Below, piece after piece: positions 20,309 through 30,278 of a DNA stretch of 64,000 bases (position 1 is its first letter; the number at the start of each line of letters is the position of its first letter). Source of the stretch: Planctomycetota bacterium (GTDB taxonomy: Bacteria; Planctomycetota; GCA-002687715; CAIWVZ01). A model generated the notes under the pieces. It was not told the DNA's origin. It was given only the letters and a program-made list of their open reading frames with translations, and ran no database searches. A program made the position numbers and the translations under genes. Location of the stretch: NCBI GenBank assembly GCA_044222185.1, contig JBGANV010000002.1, positions 736,001 through 800,000 of the forward strand, in the 5' to 3' direction.

Positions 20309-23194
20309 TCAGAGTTCCACGAGTCCCGGCCAGGTGAGCCGGAGACCGAGCGATACGTTCGGATCGAGCACGACGGCCTGGACCGCGGCATGAATGCCGA
20401 GCGGTGGCGTCGGCAGCATCATCGGCCCGAAGCGCGCCGTACCGCCTGGCGCCGTCGCGTAGGGATCCGGCATCGTCGAGCAGCTGCCGAACGGTCCGCC
20501 GAAGATGCTGATCCCGTCGCAAAGCACGAATGCAAAGGGTGAGAACCCGCGAAGCAGATACGCGCTAGCAGTGGAGTAGGGGTCCGGGATGAGGACCGGG
20601 CCGTTGTTCTGCACGTCGAGCATCAAGGTGAAGGGTTGGCCGATCGGACAGCCGTCGAGCACGATCGTGCTGAGCGAACCTGGGACCGTGACGGCCGGGT
20701 CCGTGCGGATCGTGCCGGCGTTGCTCAGCTGCCCCGGCGCCGACTCGATCTTCACGGCAACGGCATTCGAGGGCGCCAGCGGTCCGTTCATGACGGTGAT
20801 GGTCAACGCACCGATCTGTGTCGCATCTGCGAACGGCGGCGCCACCCGCAACGAAAGAAATGTGGCCTGTTGAGAGACGAGGGTCAATCCGGCCACCGCC
20901 ATCGATGTGGAGACGAACGTGCCGTTGACGACCACGCCGAATCCGGGTGTGTTCAGCGCGAAGCCGGTACCGAACAGGAGTACGTCGTACGAACCGGATC
21001 CGACGACGAGCGGCACGTGCGACGTCGGCTGGTGCGATTGGATCTGCGGAGGACGAACCTCGAAGGTCAGCGGCACGGGAGATTCGAGCGCACAATCGAA
21101 CGGCGGCGATTGCCGTGCCGTGAGGATGAGCTGACCCGGACGCGCGAGCAGTTCCGGCGGAAGAACCAGTTGAAGCCCCGTTGGGCCGAGGAAGTTCGGC
21201 GAGATCTCCGTGACCTGATTGCCGTCCCAGACGTCGATGACCGACATGTAGTCGAAGTTCGTCCCGGTGATCGTCAGCGCGGCCGAGGACTGCCCGGCCG
21301 CGGCGCCAGACGGCACGACCGCCGAGAGCGTGGGAGTCGCCGAGACCGCGAGCACCGCGGGCTCCCAGCTGATTCCGCCGCCCGGACCCGGATTCACCAC
21401 GTTCGCATAGCGCTCGCCGATCGTCGCAAGCGTCCCCGCGGGCGCGGTGAATCGAATGAGCCCTTGGTGCACGAACGTCACGGACGAACCGGCAATCACC
21501 TGCCCCGCGAACGTCACATGACATCCTGCGACGAAGCCGCTGCCATGAATGTCGAACTGGGCCGGGCTCGCGTTCATGAGTACGCACGGTGGATCCACGT
21601 AGGACGGATAAGGCTCCGGATTGAGAATCGTGAACGTCTGACACGCGTTGCCGCCACCGGAAGGAGCGTTCACGACACACAGCGAGTGGTTGCCTGCAGT
21701 CGTCACGTCGGTTTCGGTCAGTTGGACCTGCAGCTGGCCAGACCCCATGTAGAGAAACGCATGCGCGACGCCGTCCCAGGTGACGGCCGAGTCGGGCCAG
21801 AATCCAGCGCCCGTGATCGTGATGACCGGAGGCGGATAGCCGACGGTAGTCGAGGTCGGGCTGATCGACGCGATGCTCGGAACGGTGTTGTTGACCGTGA
21901 AGGTCAGCGGTGACGTCGTTCCGCCGCCGGGGACGGGCGTCGTCGCGCGGATCGTGAGGGTTCCTGGAAGTGCCAGGTCGAACGGGCCGAGCGGAGTCGT
22001 CAGCTCGGTTGCCGAGACGAACGTCGTCGGCCGGATGTTGCCGTTGACCGTGACGTACGACGCGGGCACGAAGCCGCCGCCGAAGACGTGCAGCGTCGGA
22101 GGTGAGCTGCCGCGGACCCCGCTCGCTGGGAGAAGCCCGCTCGTGGTCGGGATCGGATAGATCACGTTGATGAAGCCGGGCGCCGATTGTGGAGTCCCCG
22201 GGTTCACCAGGGCGATCGCCAGGGTGCCGACGGTCGTGAAGTTGACCGCGGGCAGCGTCACGTTGTATTGGTTCGGGTTCACGTAGCTTCCCACGAGGCT
22301 CGTCGTTGCACCGTTTCGCGTGACGTTCACGGTCGTCCCGGGGGTGAAGTTCGCGCCGATCAACGTGAGCGGGAGCGCGCCTGCGCCGTACGACACCGTG
22401 GTTGGTACCCCTGACGTGAGGGTTGGTTGCAGAGAACCGGTTCTGACGATGCTCAGATCGTAGGTGTCGTTGGGTTGCGTCGTGACCGGTCGATCCTGGT
22501 ACACGATGAGCCCGTACCAGCCGAGAGTCGTGAGCTGCACGTTGACTGGGTTCGTCACGGTGCTCCCGAGGGCGACGTAGTCGTAACGCGTCTGCCACGC
22601 ACCGCTCGGCTGCGGCTGGTGCAGGCGCCACCGCATCGGTGACGAGGATGCGATGCTGATCCTGTAGGCGCCGACTTCGGTCACGTTGAACTTGAACAAC
22701 CGGCCGATCGACATCGACGCGCCGGTCGACGTCGATCCGCCGTTCCAGTTCAACCCCGCATAGGACGTGCCGACGACGAGCGTATTGTTGCCGTCACTCG
22801 AATAGGTGTGCCGGACGTACGCCGGGGATGGCCCGGCGAATCGGATGAAGCTCCCCGACATGTGGGTCGGGAGTCCGTGGATGCCGTCGCTGATGATGTA
22901 GTCGTACCGGTTGTCGAGGTCGTCCGAGATCACGTTGGCGATGGAGATGTCCCAGTCGCTCGCTGGAGACGTCAGGTTCTTGTTGACGATTCCAACGGCG
23001 TTCCATTGGTCATCCACATAACCGGAGAGCTGGAAGCAACGCTCCGTCGTCGTCGCCGTCGTGACCTCCGTGGCGGTCGACGCTGGAAGCGTGATGGTAG
23101 AACCGGAGCACTGGGCGCGAACGCAGCACGCAGCAGTGATGAGAGTCACGGCAAGGCGAACTGAGAGTGCGCGACGGGGTATCCCGAATGTCAT
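20309..23194 (-). CDS. Secreted IPT/TIG-repeat surface protein with shared C-terminal domain
   Basis: GGAGG RBS. Signal peptide ending VRA|Q. About six Ig-like repeats with P..S..P...lti.G.[GN]F (LIGANF, VFGGGF, ITGAGF, IHGSGF, ITGTNF, LFGTGF). Confidence 0.85.
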   Translation of the reverse strand: MTFGIPRRALSVRLAVTLITAACCVRAQCSGSTITLPASTATEVTTATTTERCFQLSGYVDDQWNAVGIVNKNLTSPASDWDISIANVISDDLDNRYDYIISDGIHGLPTHMSGSFIRFAGPSPAYVRHTYSSDGNNTLVVGTSYAGLNWNGGSTSTGASMSIGRLFKFNVTEVGAYRISIASSSPMRWRLHQPQPSGAWQTRYDYVALGSTVTNPVNVQLTTLGWYGLIVYQDRPVTTQPNDTYDLSIVRTGSLQPTLTSGVPTTVSYGAGALPLTLIGANFTPGTTVNVTRNGATTSLVGSYVNPNQYNVTLPAVNFTTVGTLAIALVNPGTPQSAPGFINVIYPIPTTSGLLPASGVRGSSPPTLHVFGGGFVPASYVTVNGNIRPTTFVSATELTTPLGPFDLALPGTLTIRATTPVPGGGTTSPLTFTVNNTVPSIASISPTSTTVGYPPPVITITGAGFWPDSAVTWDGVAHAFLYMGSGQLQVQLTETDVTTAGNHSLCVVNAPSGGGNACQTFTILNPEPYPSYVDPPCVLMNASPAQFDIHGSGFVAGCHVTFAGQVIAGSSVTFVHQGLIRFTAPAGTLATIGERYANVVNPGPGGGISWEPAVLAVSATPTLSAVVPSGAAAGQSSAALTITGTNFDYMSVIDVWDGNQVTEISPNFLGPTGLQLVLPPELLARPGQLILTARQSPPFDCALESPVPLTFEVRPPQIQSHQPTSHVPLVVGSGSYDVLLFGTGFALNTPGFGVVVNGTFVSTSMAVAGLTLVSQQATFLSLRVAPPFADATQIGALTITVMNGPLAPSNAVAVKIESAPGQLSNAGTIRTDPAVTVPGSLSTIVLDGCPIGQPFTLMLDVQNNGPVLIPDPYSTASAYLLRGFSPFAFVLCDGISIFGGPFGSCSTMPDPYATAPGGTARFGPMMLPTPPLGIHAAVQAVVLDPNVSLGLRLTWPGLVEL

Positions 23195-23442
23195 GGCTAT
23201 GCCTCCGATGGGAACGAACGTGTGATTTCGACGATGCTGGGGTCGGCAGATCGTTGGGCCGGCCGCCGGTTCGCGAGCCGCCTCGGGCGAGCTCGATCGA
23301 CCGTCGGCGATCCTTCCGCTGAGACACTCATCGCGGTCCCGAGCGACGTGTTTCGCGGCATGACGGAAATCGCCGACGACGAAACCGCGGCGCGGCGAAA
23401 ACCGGTGAACGCGGCGCGCGCTACGATTCCTGCCGAAATCAC

Positions 23443-24567
23443 ATGAGCGAGCCGACGAAAACCGTCACGAGCCGCGCGTGGCGCTGGATCCTCTCCGCCG
23501 CCCTGTTGTCCTGCGTGGTCGCAGGCGTCGCGCGCCATTCCGGTGCCGAGCCCGAGACCGACGTGGCGGCGGGCCGTCGCGAACGGGAAGCCGCCGATCC
23601 GCCCTCGGGGCCATCGCCCTTGCCGTCTCCACGCCAGGAACTCGTCGATGGCATGGTTCACCTGGCCGGCGGGACATTCACGATGGGATCGGACGGCCCC
23701 GGTTCTCGCTCAGACGAGCGGCCCCCTCACCAGGTGCGAGTCCATGCGTTCTGGATCGACCGCACGGAGGTGACGAATGCCCAGTTCCGGCGTTTCGTCG
23801 AAGCGACGCATTACGTGACGACGGCCGAGCGGGCACCAGAGTGGGAGGAGCTCCGCAAGCAGGTTCCGGAGGGCACGGCCAAACCGCCCGATGAGATGCT
23901 CAAGCCAGGTGCGTTGGTGTTCCGCGCGCCCGATCATCCCGTGCCGCTCGACGATCCATCGGCCTGGTGGATCTGGACCATCGGTGCGGACTGGCGCCAT
24001 CCATCGGGGCCGGAGACTTCGATCGAGGGCAAGGAGAATCACCCGGTCGTGCAGGTCTCGTGGGACGACGCCGTGGCGTTCGCGACGTGGGCCGGCAAGC
24101 GGTTGCCTACGGAAGCCGAATGGGAGTTCGCCGCTCGCGGCGGGCTCGACGGCGAACCGTTCACCTGGGGTCGCGCCACCGATTCGACCTTCCGAGCCAA
24201 CCTGTGGAACGGCGCGTTCCCGTACCGCAACACGAAGGTCGACGGTCACGAGACGTCGGCCCCCGTGGGCACGTTCGCACCCAACGGATTCGGGCTCGTC
24301 GACATGGCCGGGAACGTCTGGGAGTGGTGCGCCGACTGGTACCGCCAGGACACCTACGGCCTTGCCCAAGACGCCGTCATCGACGATCCGCGCGGCCCCG
24401 AGTCGAGCTTCGACCCGACGGAGCCGACGGCGAAGAAGAGGGTCATGCGCGGCGGGTCGTTCCTCTGCCACGACTCCTATTGCACGGGATATCGGGTCAG
24501 CGCGCGGATGAAGTCCACGCCCGACTCGAGCCTGATGCACGTGGGCTTCCGCTGCGTGCGGGATTGA
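23443..24567 (+). CDS. Formylglycine-generating enzyme (SUMF1/FGE-sulfatase) family protein
   Basis: FWIDRTEVTNAQF, RLPTEAEWE, GLVDMAGNVWEW, RGGSFLCHDSYC (both FGE Cys), GFRC. N-terminal hydrophobic segment. Confidence 0.92.
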   Translation: MSEPTKTVTSRAWRWILSAALLSCVVAGVARHSGAEPETDVAAGRREREAADPPSGPSPLPSPRQELVDGMVHLAGGTFTMGSDGPGSRSDERPPHQVRVHAFWIDRTEVTNAQFRRFVEATHYVTTAERAPEWEELRKQVPEGTAKPPDEMLKPGALVFRAPDHPVPLDDPSAWWIWTIGADWRHPSGPETSIEGKENHPVVQVSWDDAVAFATWAGKRLPTEAEWEFAARGGLDGEPFTWGRATDSTFRANLWNGAFPYRNTKVDGHETSAPVGTFAPNGFGLVDMAGNVWEWCADWYRQDTYGLAQDAVIDDPRGPESSFDPTEPTAKKRVMRGGSFLCHDSYCTGYRVSARMKSTPDSSLMHVGFRCVRD

Positions 24568-24588
24568 GCGGCCCGCGGGCCGCGATCA

Positions 24589-25359
24589 TCACAGGCCGAC
24601 GGCGTGGAATCCGTTGTCCACGAAGAGAGTCTCGCCGGTGACGCCGCGCGAGAGGTCGGAGAGGAAGAAGAGCGCCGCATCGGCGACCTCGGCAACCTCG
24701 ATGTTGTCGCGCATCGGCGTCTTGTCGGCGACGATGTCGAGGACCTGGGAGAAACCGGAGATGGCGGCCGCCGCCAGGGTTTTGATGGGTCCTGCGGAGA
24801 TCGCGTTCACGCGGTGCCCCTTGGGACCGACGTCGACTGAGAGGTAGCGGACGCACGCTTCGAGCGCCGCCTTCGCCACACCCATCACGTTGTAGTGCGG
24901 GATGACCCGCTCAGACCCGATGTAGGTCAACGTGAGGAAGCTCCCGCGGCGACCTTCCATCAGCGGCACGGCGCGTTTTGCGAGCGAGACGAGCGAGTAG
25001 GCCGACACGTTCAGCGCCACCTGGAAACCATCGGCGGTGGTGGCCATGAACTCTCCGTCGAGTTCCTCCTTCTTTGCGAACGCCAGCGCATGAACGACGA
25101 AGTCGAGGTGATGCTTGTGCTTCTGGATCCAGGTGAACAGGTCATCGACCTGGGATTCCTGGGTGACGTCGCAGGGCAGGAGGTGAGGGTGATGCGGCAG
25201 CTCCGCCGCCAACGCCGCCACGTTCTCCTTCAGACGCTCGTTCTGATAGGTCAGCACGAGGTGCGCGCCTTCTTCGGCCGCGCGCTTGGCGATGCCCCAG
25301 GCGATGCTTCGCTTGTTGGCGACGCCGAGGATCACACCGGTCTTTCCCTTCAGCAGCAT
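24589..25359 (-). CDS. fabI: Enoyl-[acyl-carrier-protein] reductase FabI
   Basis: GVANKRSIAWGIA, YNVMGVAKAALE, VNAISAGPIKTLAA. GGAGGAG RBS. Confidence 0.96.
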   Translation of the reverse strand: MLLKGKTGVILGVANKRSIAWGIAKRAAEEGAHLVLTYQNERLKENVAALAAELPHHPHLLPCDVTQESQVDDLFTWIQKHKHHLDFVVHALAFAKKEELDGEFMATTADGFQVALNVSAYSLVSLAKRAVPLMEGRRGSFLTLTYIGSERVIPHYNVMGVAKAALEACVRYLSVDVGPKGHRVNAISAGPIKTLAAAAISGFSQVLDIVADKTPMRDNIEVAEVADAALFFLSDLSRGVTGETLFVDNGFHAVGL

Positions 25360-25578
25360 GAATCGCTCCTCCCGCAGTGCCGCTCCGGGCGCGGGGCCGG
25401 GAAGGTTACCGGCGCGACCTCCCTGGATCGAGGGGGCGTCGGCGAGCGGCCTCGATGATCGTTTCCCGAAACCCCGGTTCGGGTTCGGGACCGATGAGCG
25501 GAATTCTCAACGCCCCTTGGACCCGGGTGTACAGTGCCGCCGGTTTGCGCTGAGCCAGAAGACTCAAGGAGAAGAACC

Positions 25579-26052
25579 ATGCGAAGGAACCCCCTTCTTG
25601 CTGCGTCGTTCCTGCTCGTCGTCTTTGCGTCCGGTGCGTTCGGACAAAGCGTGGAACTGGGAGTTCAGAGCTGCCGACTGATCGACCTCACTCCGACGGA
25701 CAGCTTCACGCTGGGTGCCACGAGCTCATTCATGGTCGATGCGGGAGTCCCCGGCCTGGAGGGCTACTTCGTCACCGTGTGGCAGGAATATGCGCCGTGG
25801 GACAACCTCGTACATTCGATTCCAGGGATCGGCGGAGGGCTGTTCATCAATGAGCACCGCCCCTATCACATCTTCCTGCAAGGCGGCCCCATGACGGGCG
25901 GTGCGAACCCAGGCCAGTCGGTGACGATGCAGTTCACCTGGCCGACGACACCAAGCCTTCTGGGCGCGCAATTCGTGGTGCAGGGCTACGTCGTCAACTG
26001 GAATTCCACCCAACAGAACTTCACGACCGCGCTCGTCGGCACGATTCGCTGA
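25579..26052 (+). CDS. Small secreted protein consisting essentially of the shared C-terminal domain
   Basis: AAGGAG RBS. Signal peptide ending AFG|Q. Ends PTTPSLLGAQFVVQGYVVN...FTTALVGTIR. Confidence 0.75.
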   Translation: MRRNPLLAASFLLVVFASGAFGQSVELGVQSCRLIDLTPTDSFTLGATSSFMVDAGVPGLEGYFVTVWQEYAPWDNLVHSIPGIGGGLFINEHRPYHIFLQGGPMTGGANPGQSVTMQFTWPTTPSLLGAQFVVQGYVVNWNSTQQNFTTALVGTIR

Positions 26053-26450
26053 TCGGTCCGCGCCTGTCGCGGTTTCGCTCGGGCCCGCATCGCGAGTCCG
26101 TTCGTGGCCTCGGAAGGGGTCGGTCCGACCGAGGCGTGGTGCGAAAGATCCAGCGCCTCACGGGGAAGACGGGAAATGCCGATCCGTTCGCTCGGTGTGG
26201 CCCGCGGCCCCGCGGTCGCGGCGCTCGTTTTGACAGCGATCGCCTGCGGGCAGCTTTCCAGTGAACCGCGCGGGATCGGCGGCACGTTCTGATTCGATTC
26301 GGCGCTGAGCCGCCCCAACCGCCTCGTGCGGGTCGCCGCCGGCACCACGGCCTACGGCGTCCTGTTGACGGCAGCGTTCACGTTGATCGGGCAGTAGGCT
26401 CGGCGGCGCACGTTGCGACGCGCGTGCCGACGCCTGGCCGGCGGCCGCGC

Positions 26451-29400
26451 TCAGTCGTGCGGTGCGCTCGCCTTCACACGGGTCATGACCGCGCGTCGCC
26501 GGGACGCGAGGTCTGCTGGCAGGTCCTGGTCGATGGCGTCATCCCGCATCAACCGCAGGTCGTGGTCGATCCGCAGGAGTCGAAGGACGAGGCGCATGTC
26601 GTCATCGCCGAGGACGGCGTCCTCGACGCGCCGCACGACCGAGTCGAACTCGTCGACTACGAGTTGAACGGCCGTGACGCGCAGTGCCGCGCGCTCGCTG
26701 CCGTCTTCGAGTTCCGCGGCTCGCAGCGCCGCCTTCGCCGCCGAGATCCGCACGGCCTCCGACAGGCTCAGGGCGAGCGAGGGATCCTTCGATAGCGCCT
26801 GTTGCATCAGGGCCAGGCCAAGACGGTAGTGCCCGCGCCGCCGCGCCACCTCGCCGTAAAAGAGACACTCCCGCGCGGGGCCGACGTCGAATTCCCGGCT
26901 GAGGTAGCGCTCGAAGCGGTCGACGAGAGGCACGATCGCCTCGCAGGCCTTCTTGCTGGCGGCGGCCGAGGCGAACCCGGGGTTGCCGTTCGCGAGCGCG
27001 AGTGCACGCGTGAACATCTCTACGGCTTCGCGCGGCTGGCCTTGGGCATCGAGGGCCATGCCGAGGTTGGCGAACGCCTCCGCGAAATCGGGTTTGATCC
27101 GCAACGCTTCGCGGGCGTGCTTCTCGGCGAGCGCATCGTCGGAGCGTGCATGAGCGATGCGCGAGGCGGTGTTGTGGATCTCGGCCGCGCCAGGAGCCAG
27201 TTCGGCGGCCCTGCGGGATGCGATCTCGGCTTCCTCGATCCGGTCCTGATCGCACAGCAGGATCGCCAGGTTGTTCCACGTGTTGGGGAACCGCGGGTCG
27301 TGCTGCGCGGCGAGCTTGTATTCGCGGATGGCGCCGGCGACGTCCCCTCGTGCCTTGAGGAGGTTGGCGAGGTTGTTGTGGGCGCCGGCGCGCTTGGGCT
27401 CGATCACGAGGCAGTCGCGGTAGGCCTGCTCGGCCTCCTCGCGCCGACCGGCCCGCGTGAGCGAGTAGGCCAGATCGAAGCGGATGCTCGCGTCCGTCGC
27501 CTCCTCCTTGCAGAGCTGCGTCAGGATGCCGACGGCTTCGTCGAACCGGCCCTTCTCCGTCAAGGCTCCGGCCTTGACCCTCGCCACCTGTACGCGAATC
27601 GCTGGATCGCCCTCGGCCTTCGCGATGGCTTCGAGGCACCGATCCGGATCGATCACGCGGTACATCACCGCGATCCAGAGGTTCGACCGTACGTCGTCGG
27701 GGAAGCGCGAGCGGATGACGCCTTCGAACTGGGTCGCGCTGTCCTGATCGCCCGCGACGTCGATCAGCGTCGCCATGGCGTAGTAATAGACCGCCCTGCG
27801 CCCGCCCGCGGCGAAGCAATGCTGCATGAACACGATGCCGTCCTTCGGCGAGAGGCCCCCCGTACCGGGGCGGTTGCCGAAAGTCGAGTTGGCGAGCAGG
27901 AACAGCGCCAATGGATCGGCCGGCCCCTGCTGCGGGGTTCGGAGGGCGTCCGCCTCGGCTTTGCGGCCGGCTCGTTCGAGGACGAGGATGCGTGCGATGC
28001 GCAGGCCGTTCGCTCGACCCTCCAGTTCGCGGCGCGAATCCAGGAGCGCGAGCGCCTCGCCTGCCCGATCCTGCGCCACGAGCGTCAGGGCGATGCCGCA
28101 GAGCATTTCCGGATCGTCGGCGTCGACCTCCTGTGCGGCGCGAAACTCCTTGAGCGCCGCGTCGTACGCCTGGGTGGTGAGGTGCAGATACCCACGTTCG
28201 ACGAAACGATCGACCCGGTCGGCCTTCTCCCGTTCCCTCGCAAGTTCCATGTCGGCGCGGATCGACGGCCACCGGGCGGCGAAGAATCCGCTGGCAGCCG
28301 CGACGACGAGCAACAGCGAGAGGAACGCGGCTCGCATGGGCTCGCGCGTGACCCAACGCCTCAGGCGAAGGATCGGCCCGATGGGGCGGGCGAGGATGGG
28401 CTCGCGCCCGCGGATCCGCCGCAGATCCTCCGCGAGATCGGCGGCGGTCTGATACCGGCGGTTCCGATCGCGCTCGATCGCGGTGAGGATCACGAGGCGA
28501 AGGTCGGCGGGGATTGCCGGGTTCAGCGCGCGTGGATCCGAGGGCCGCCCCGCGAGAACCGCCTGATAGAGGCCCTCGCGCGTTGGAGCCTCGAACGGCC
28601 GGCGCGACGTCAGCGTCTCGAAGAGGGTGACTCCGAGCGCGTAGACGTCGGAACGGCGGTCGGCCAGGTGCGGAGGCGTCTCCAACTGCTCGGGCGCGAT
28701 GTACGCGGGCGTGCCGAACACGTCGCCGGTGCGCGTGCGCGCCAGGGTGTCCGCGTCCACGTCGCGCGCGAGGCCGAAGTCGAGGATCACGGGCGTTCCG
28801 TCCGTCGCGATCATGATGTTCGCTGGCTTGAGATCGCGATGGATGATCCCGCCTTCGTGCGCAGCGTGTACGGCGCGAGCGACGGTTTCGATGATCTCGA
28901 CCTGGCGGAAGAGATCGTCTCGTCGCGTCGCCGGGGTGCTGCCTGATTGCTCGCGGCGCGTCGACGGCGCCGCGGCACGTTCGCGCTCGCGTGCAATCCG
29001 CGACGCGAGCGACTCGCCCTCGACGAAGCGCATCACGATGAAAGGCGTCCCGTTCTCCGAGCCGGTTTCGTGAATCGTGCAGATGTTCGGGTGGCTGAGG
29101 CGCGAGGCCAGCTCGGCTTCTCGGCGGAAACGATCGATCTGATCGCTGGGTGCGGCGCCGAAGCCCCGCAGGAGCTTGATTGCCACGTTGCGGTGCAGGC
29201 GTGTGTCCTCCGCGAGGTAGACCTCGCCTTGACCGCCCCGCCCGATCTCACGGAGCAGGGCGTAGGGGCCCAGGTTGCCGAGTGGGCCGACGCCCGCAGG
29301 CGTGACCTCTCCTGCGTTGGTCGCCTCGTCACCCAGCTCGGCGAACGCGCGCGCGATGGCGGCCTCGTGGCCCGGAAAACACGCGAGATACTCGGCGAGA

Positions 29401-29492
29401 GGCCGTTCCGCGCCGCGCGTCCGGTCCTCCGCGACCTGCCGGAGGAAGGCGGCGACGAACGCGTCCGAGTCGTCTGCCGAATGATCGATCAT
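26451..29492 (-). CDS. Ser/Thr protein kinase with TM helix and multiple TPR repeats
   Basis: N-terminal PLAEYLACFPGH motif. GRGGQGEVY, HRDLKPAN, DFGLA, GTPAYIAPEQ. TPRs (AHNNLANLL, WNNLAILL, FANLGMAL). Confidence 0.93.
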   Translation of the reverse strand: MIDHSADDSDAFVAAFLRQVAEDRTRGAERPLAEYLACFPGHEAAIARAFAELGDEATNAGEVTPAGVGPLGNLGPYALLREIGRGGQGEVYLAEDTRLHRNVAIKLLRGFGAAPSDQIDRFRREAELASRLSHPNICTIHETGSENGTPFIVMRFVEGESLASRIARERERAAAPSTRREQSGSTPATRRDDLFRQVEIIETVARAVHAAHEGGIIHRDLKPANIMIATDGTPVILDFGLARDVDADTLARTRTGDVFGTPAYIAPEQLETPPHLADRRSDVYALGVTLFETLTSRRPFEAPTREGLYQAVLAGRPSDPRALNPAIPADLRLVILTAIERDRNRRYQTAADLAEDLRRIRGREPILARPIGPILRLRRWVTREPMRAAFLSLLLVVAAASGFFAARWPSIRADMELAREREKADRVDRFVERGYLHLTTQAYDAALKEFRAAQEVDADDPEMLCGIALTLVAQDRAGEALALLDSRRELEGRANGLRIARILVLERAGRKAEADALRTPQQGPADPLALFLLANSTFGNRPGTGGLSPKDGIVFMQHCFAAGGRRAVYYYAMATLIDVAGDQDSATQFEGVIRSRFPDDVRSNLWIAVMYRVIDPDRCLEAIAKAEGDPAIRVQVARVKAGALTEKGRFDEAVGILTQLCKEEATDASIRFDLAYSLTRAGRREEAEQAYRDCLVIEPKRAGAHNNLANLLKARGDVAGAIREYKLAAQHDPRFPNTWNNLAILLCDQDRIEEAEIASRRAAELAPGAAEIHNTASRIAHARSDDALAEKHAREALRIKPDFAEAFANLGMALDAQGQPREAVEMFTRALALANGNPGFASAAASKKACEAIVPLVDRFERYLSREFDVGPARECLFYGEVARRRGHYRLGLALMQQALSKDPSLALSLSEAVRISAAKAALRAAELEDGSERAALRVTAVQLVVDEFDSVVRRVEDAVLGDDDMRLVLRLLRIDHDLRLMRDDAIDQDLPADLASRRRAVMTRVKASAPHD

Positions 29493-29557
29493 GGCGGGAC
29501 ATGATAGTCTCGCGCGACGTCGATCGCCCGAAGGCCGATAGCGTCCGATGAGCAAAG

Positions 29558-30211
29558 ATGAACCGCGCCGCTGATTCAGACCCGGACACGGGTGATGACA
29601 TGACGACCATGCACGTGAGGCGTGCCGTCGGCGGCGACCTGACGAGCCTTGGCTGGGTCGTGTCGCGGCTCGCGCCGCTTCTCATGGCACAGGCGAGCTG
29701 GAGACTGGGGCCGTCGCTGCGCAGGTACTACGACCCCGAGGATCTGGTGAGCGATGCGTGGGCCGTGACGCTGCCGAGGCTCTCGACGCTGCCCATGCGC
29801 GACGGCCGGATCAGTCCCGTGCTCCTGCGGTTCCTGTCGACGGCTCTGGTGAACCGCGTCAACAACCTGGCGAAGAAACACCTCCGGCGCGGTCGCGGAA
29901 ATGCCGATCCTCCATCGACCGACGACTCCGAAGGTGACATCCTCGCTGCAATCCCCGCCGACGCATCCGGCGTCGTCACGGCCGCGGTGAAGCGGGAAGT
30001 TCGCAGCCAGGTCATCACGTGCATCGACGAACTGGACCCCGTCGACCGCGAGATCCTGATGCTTCGCGGGATCGAGCAGCGCACGCCGCAGACCGTCGCG
30101 CAGCTTCTCGGGTTGACGACGGACGCAGTCGGCATGCGCTTCCATCGGGCGCTCAAGCGGCTGCGCGAGCGGCTCCCTGGATCCGTCTTCGACGACCTGC
30201 CGGCCGCCTGA
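29558..30211 (+). CDS. ECF-type sigma-70 factor
   Basis: Region 2 (DPEDLVSDAW...FLSTALVNRVNNLAKKH) and region 4 (LDPVDREILMLR...VAQLLGLTTDAVGMRFHRALKRLRE). Divergent from the kinase gene. Confidence 0.88.
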   Translation: MNRAADSDPDTGDDMTTMHVRRAVGGDLTSLGWVVSRLAPLLMAQASWRLGPSLRRYYDPEDLVSDAWAVTLPRLSTLPMRDGRISPVLLRFLSTALVNRVNNLAKKHLRRGRGNADPPSTDDSEGDILAAIPADASGVVTAAVKREVRSQVITCIDELDPVDREILMLRGIEQRTPQTVAQLLGLTTDAVGMRFHRALKRLRERLPGSVFDDLPAA

Positions 30212-30278
30212 CCGCGCTCGCCCGCGGCTACGCTCGCAGCCGCATTGCGTGCGCGCGGACCGTTCGGAGAATCGAGCC

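Noticed and set aside
26290-26292. In-frame TGA as possible selenocysteine or readthrough
   Set aside because: No redox motif context or evident SECIS; a gene relic is the simpler explanation.
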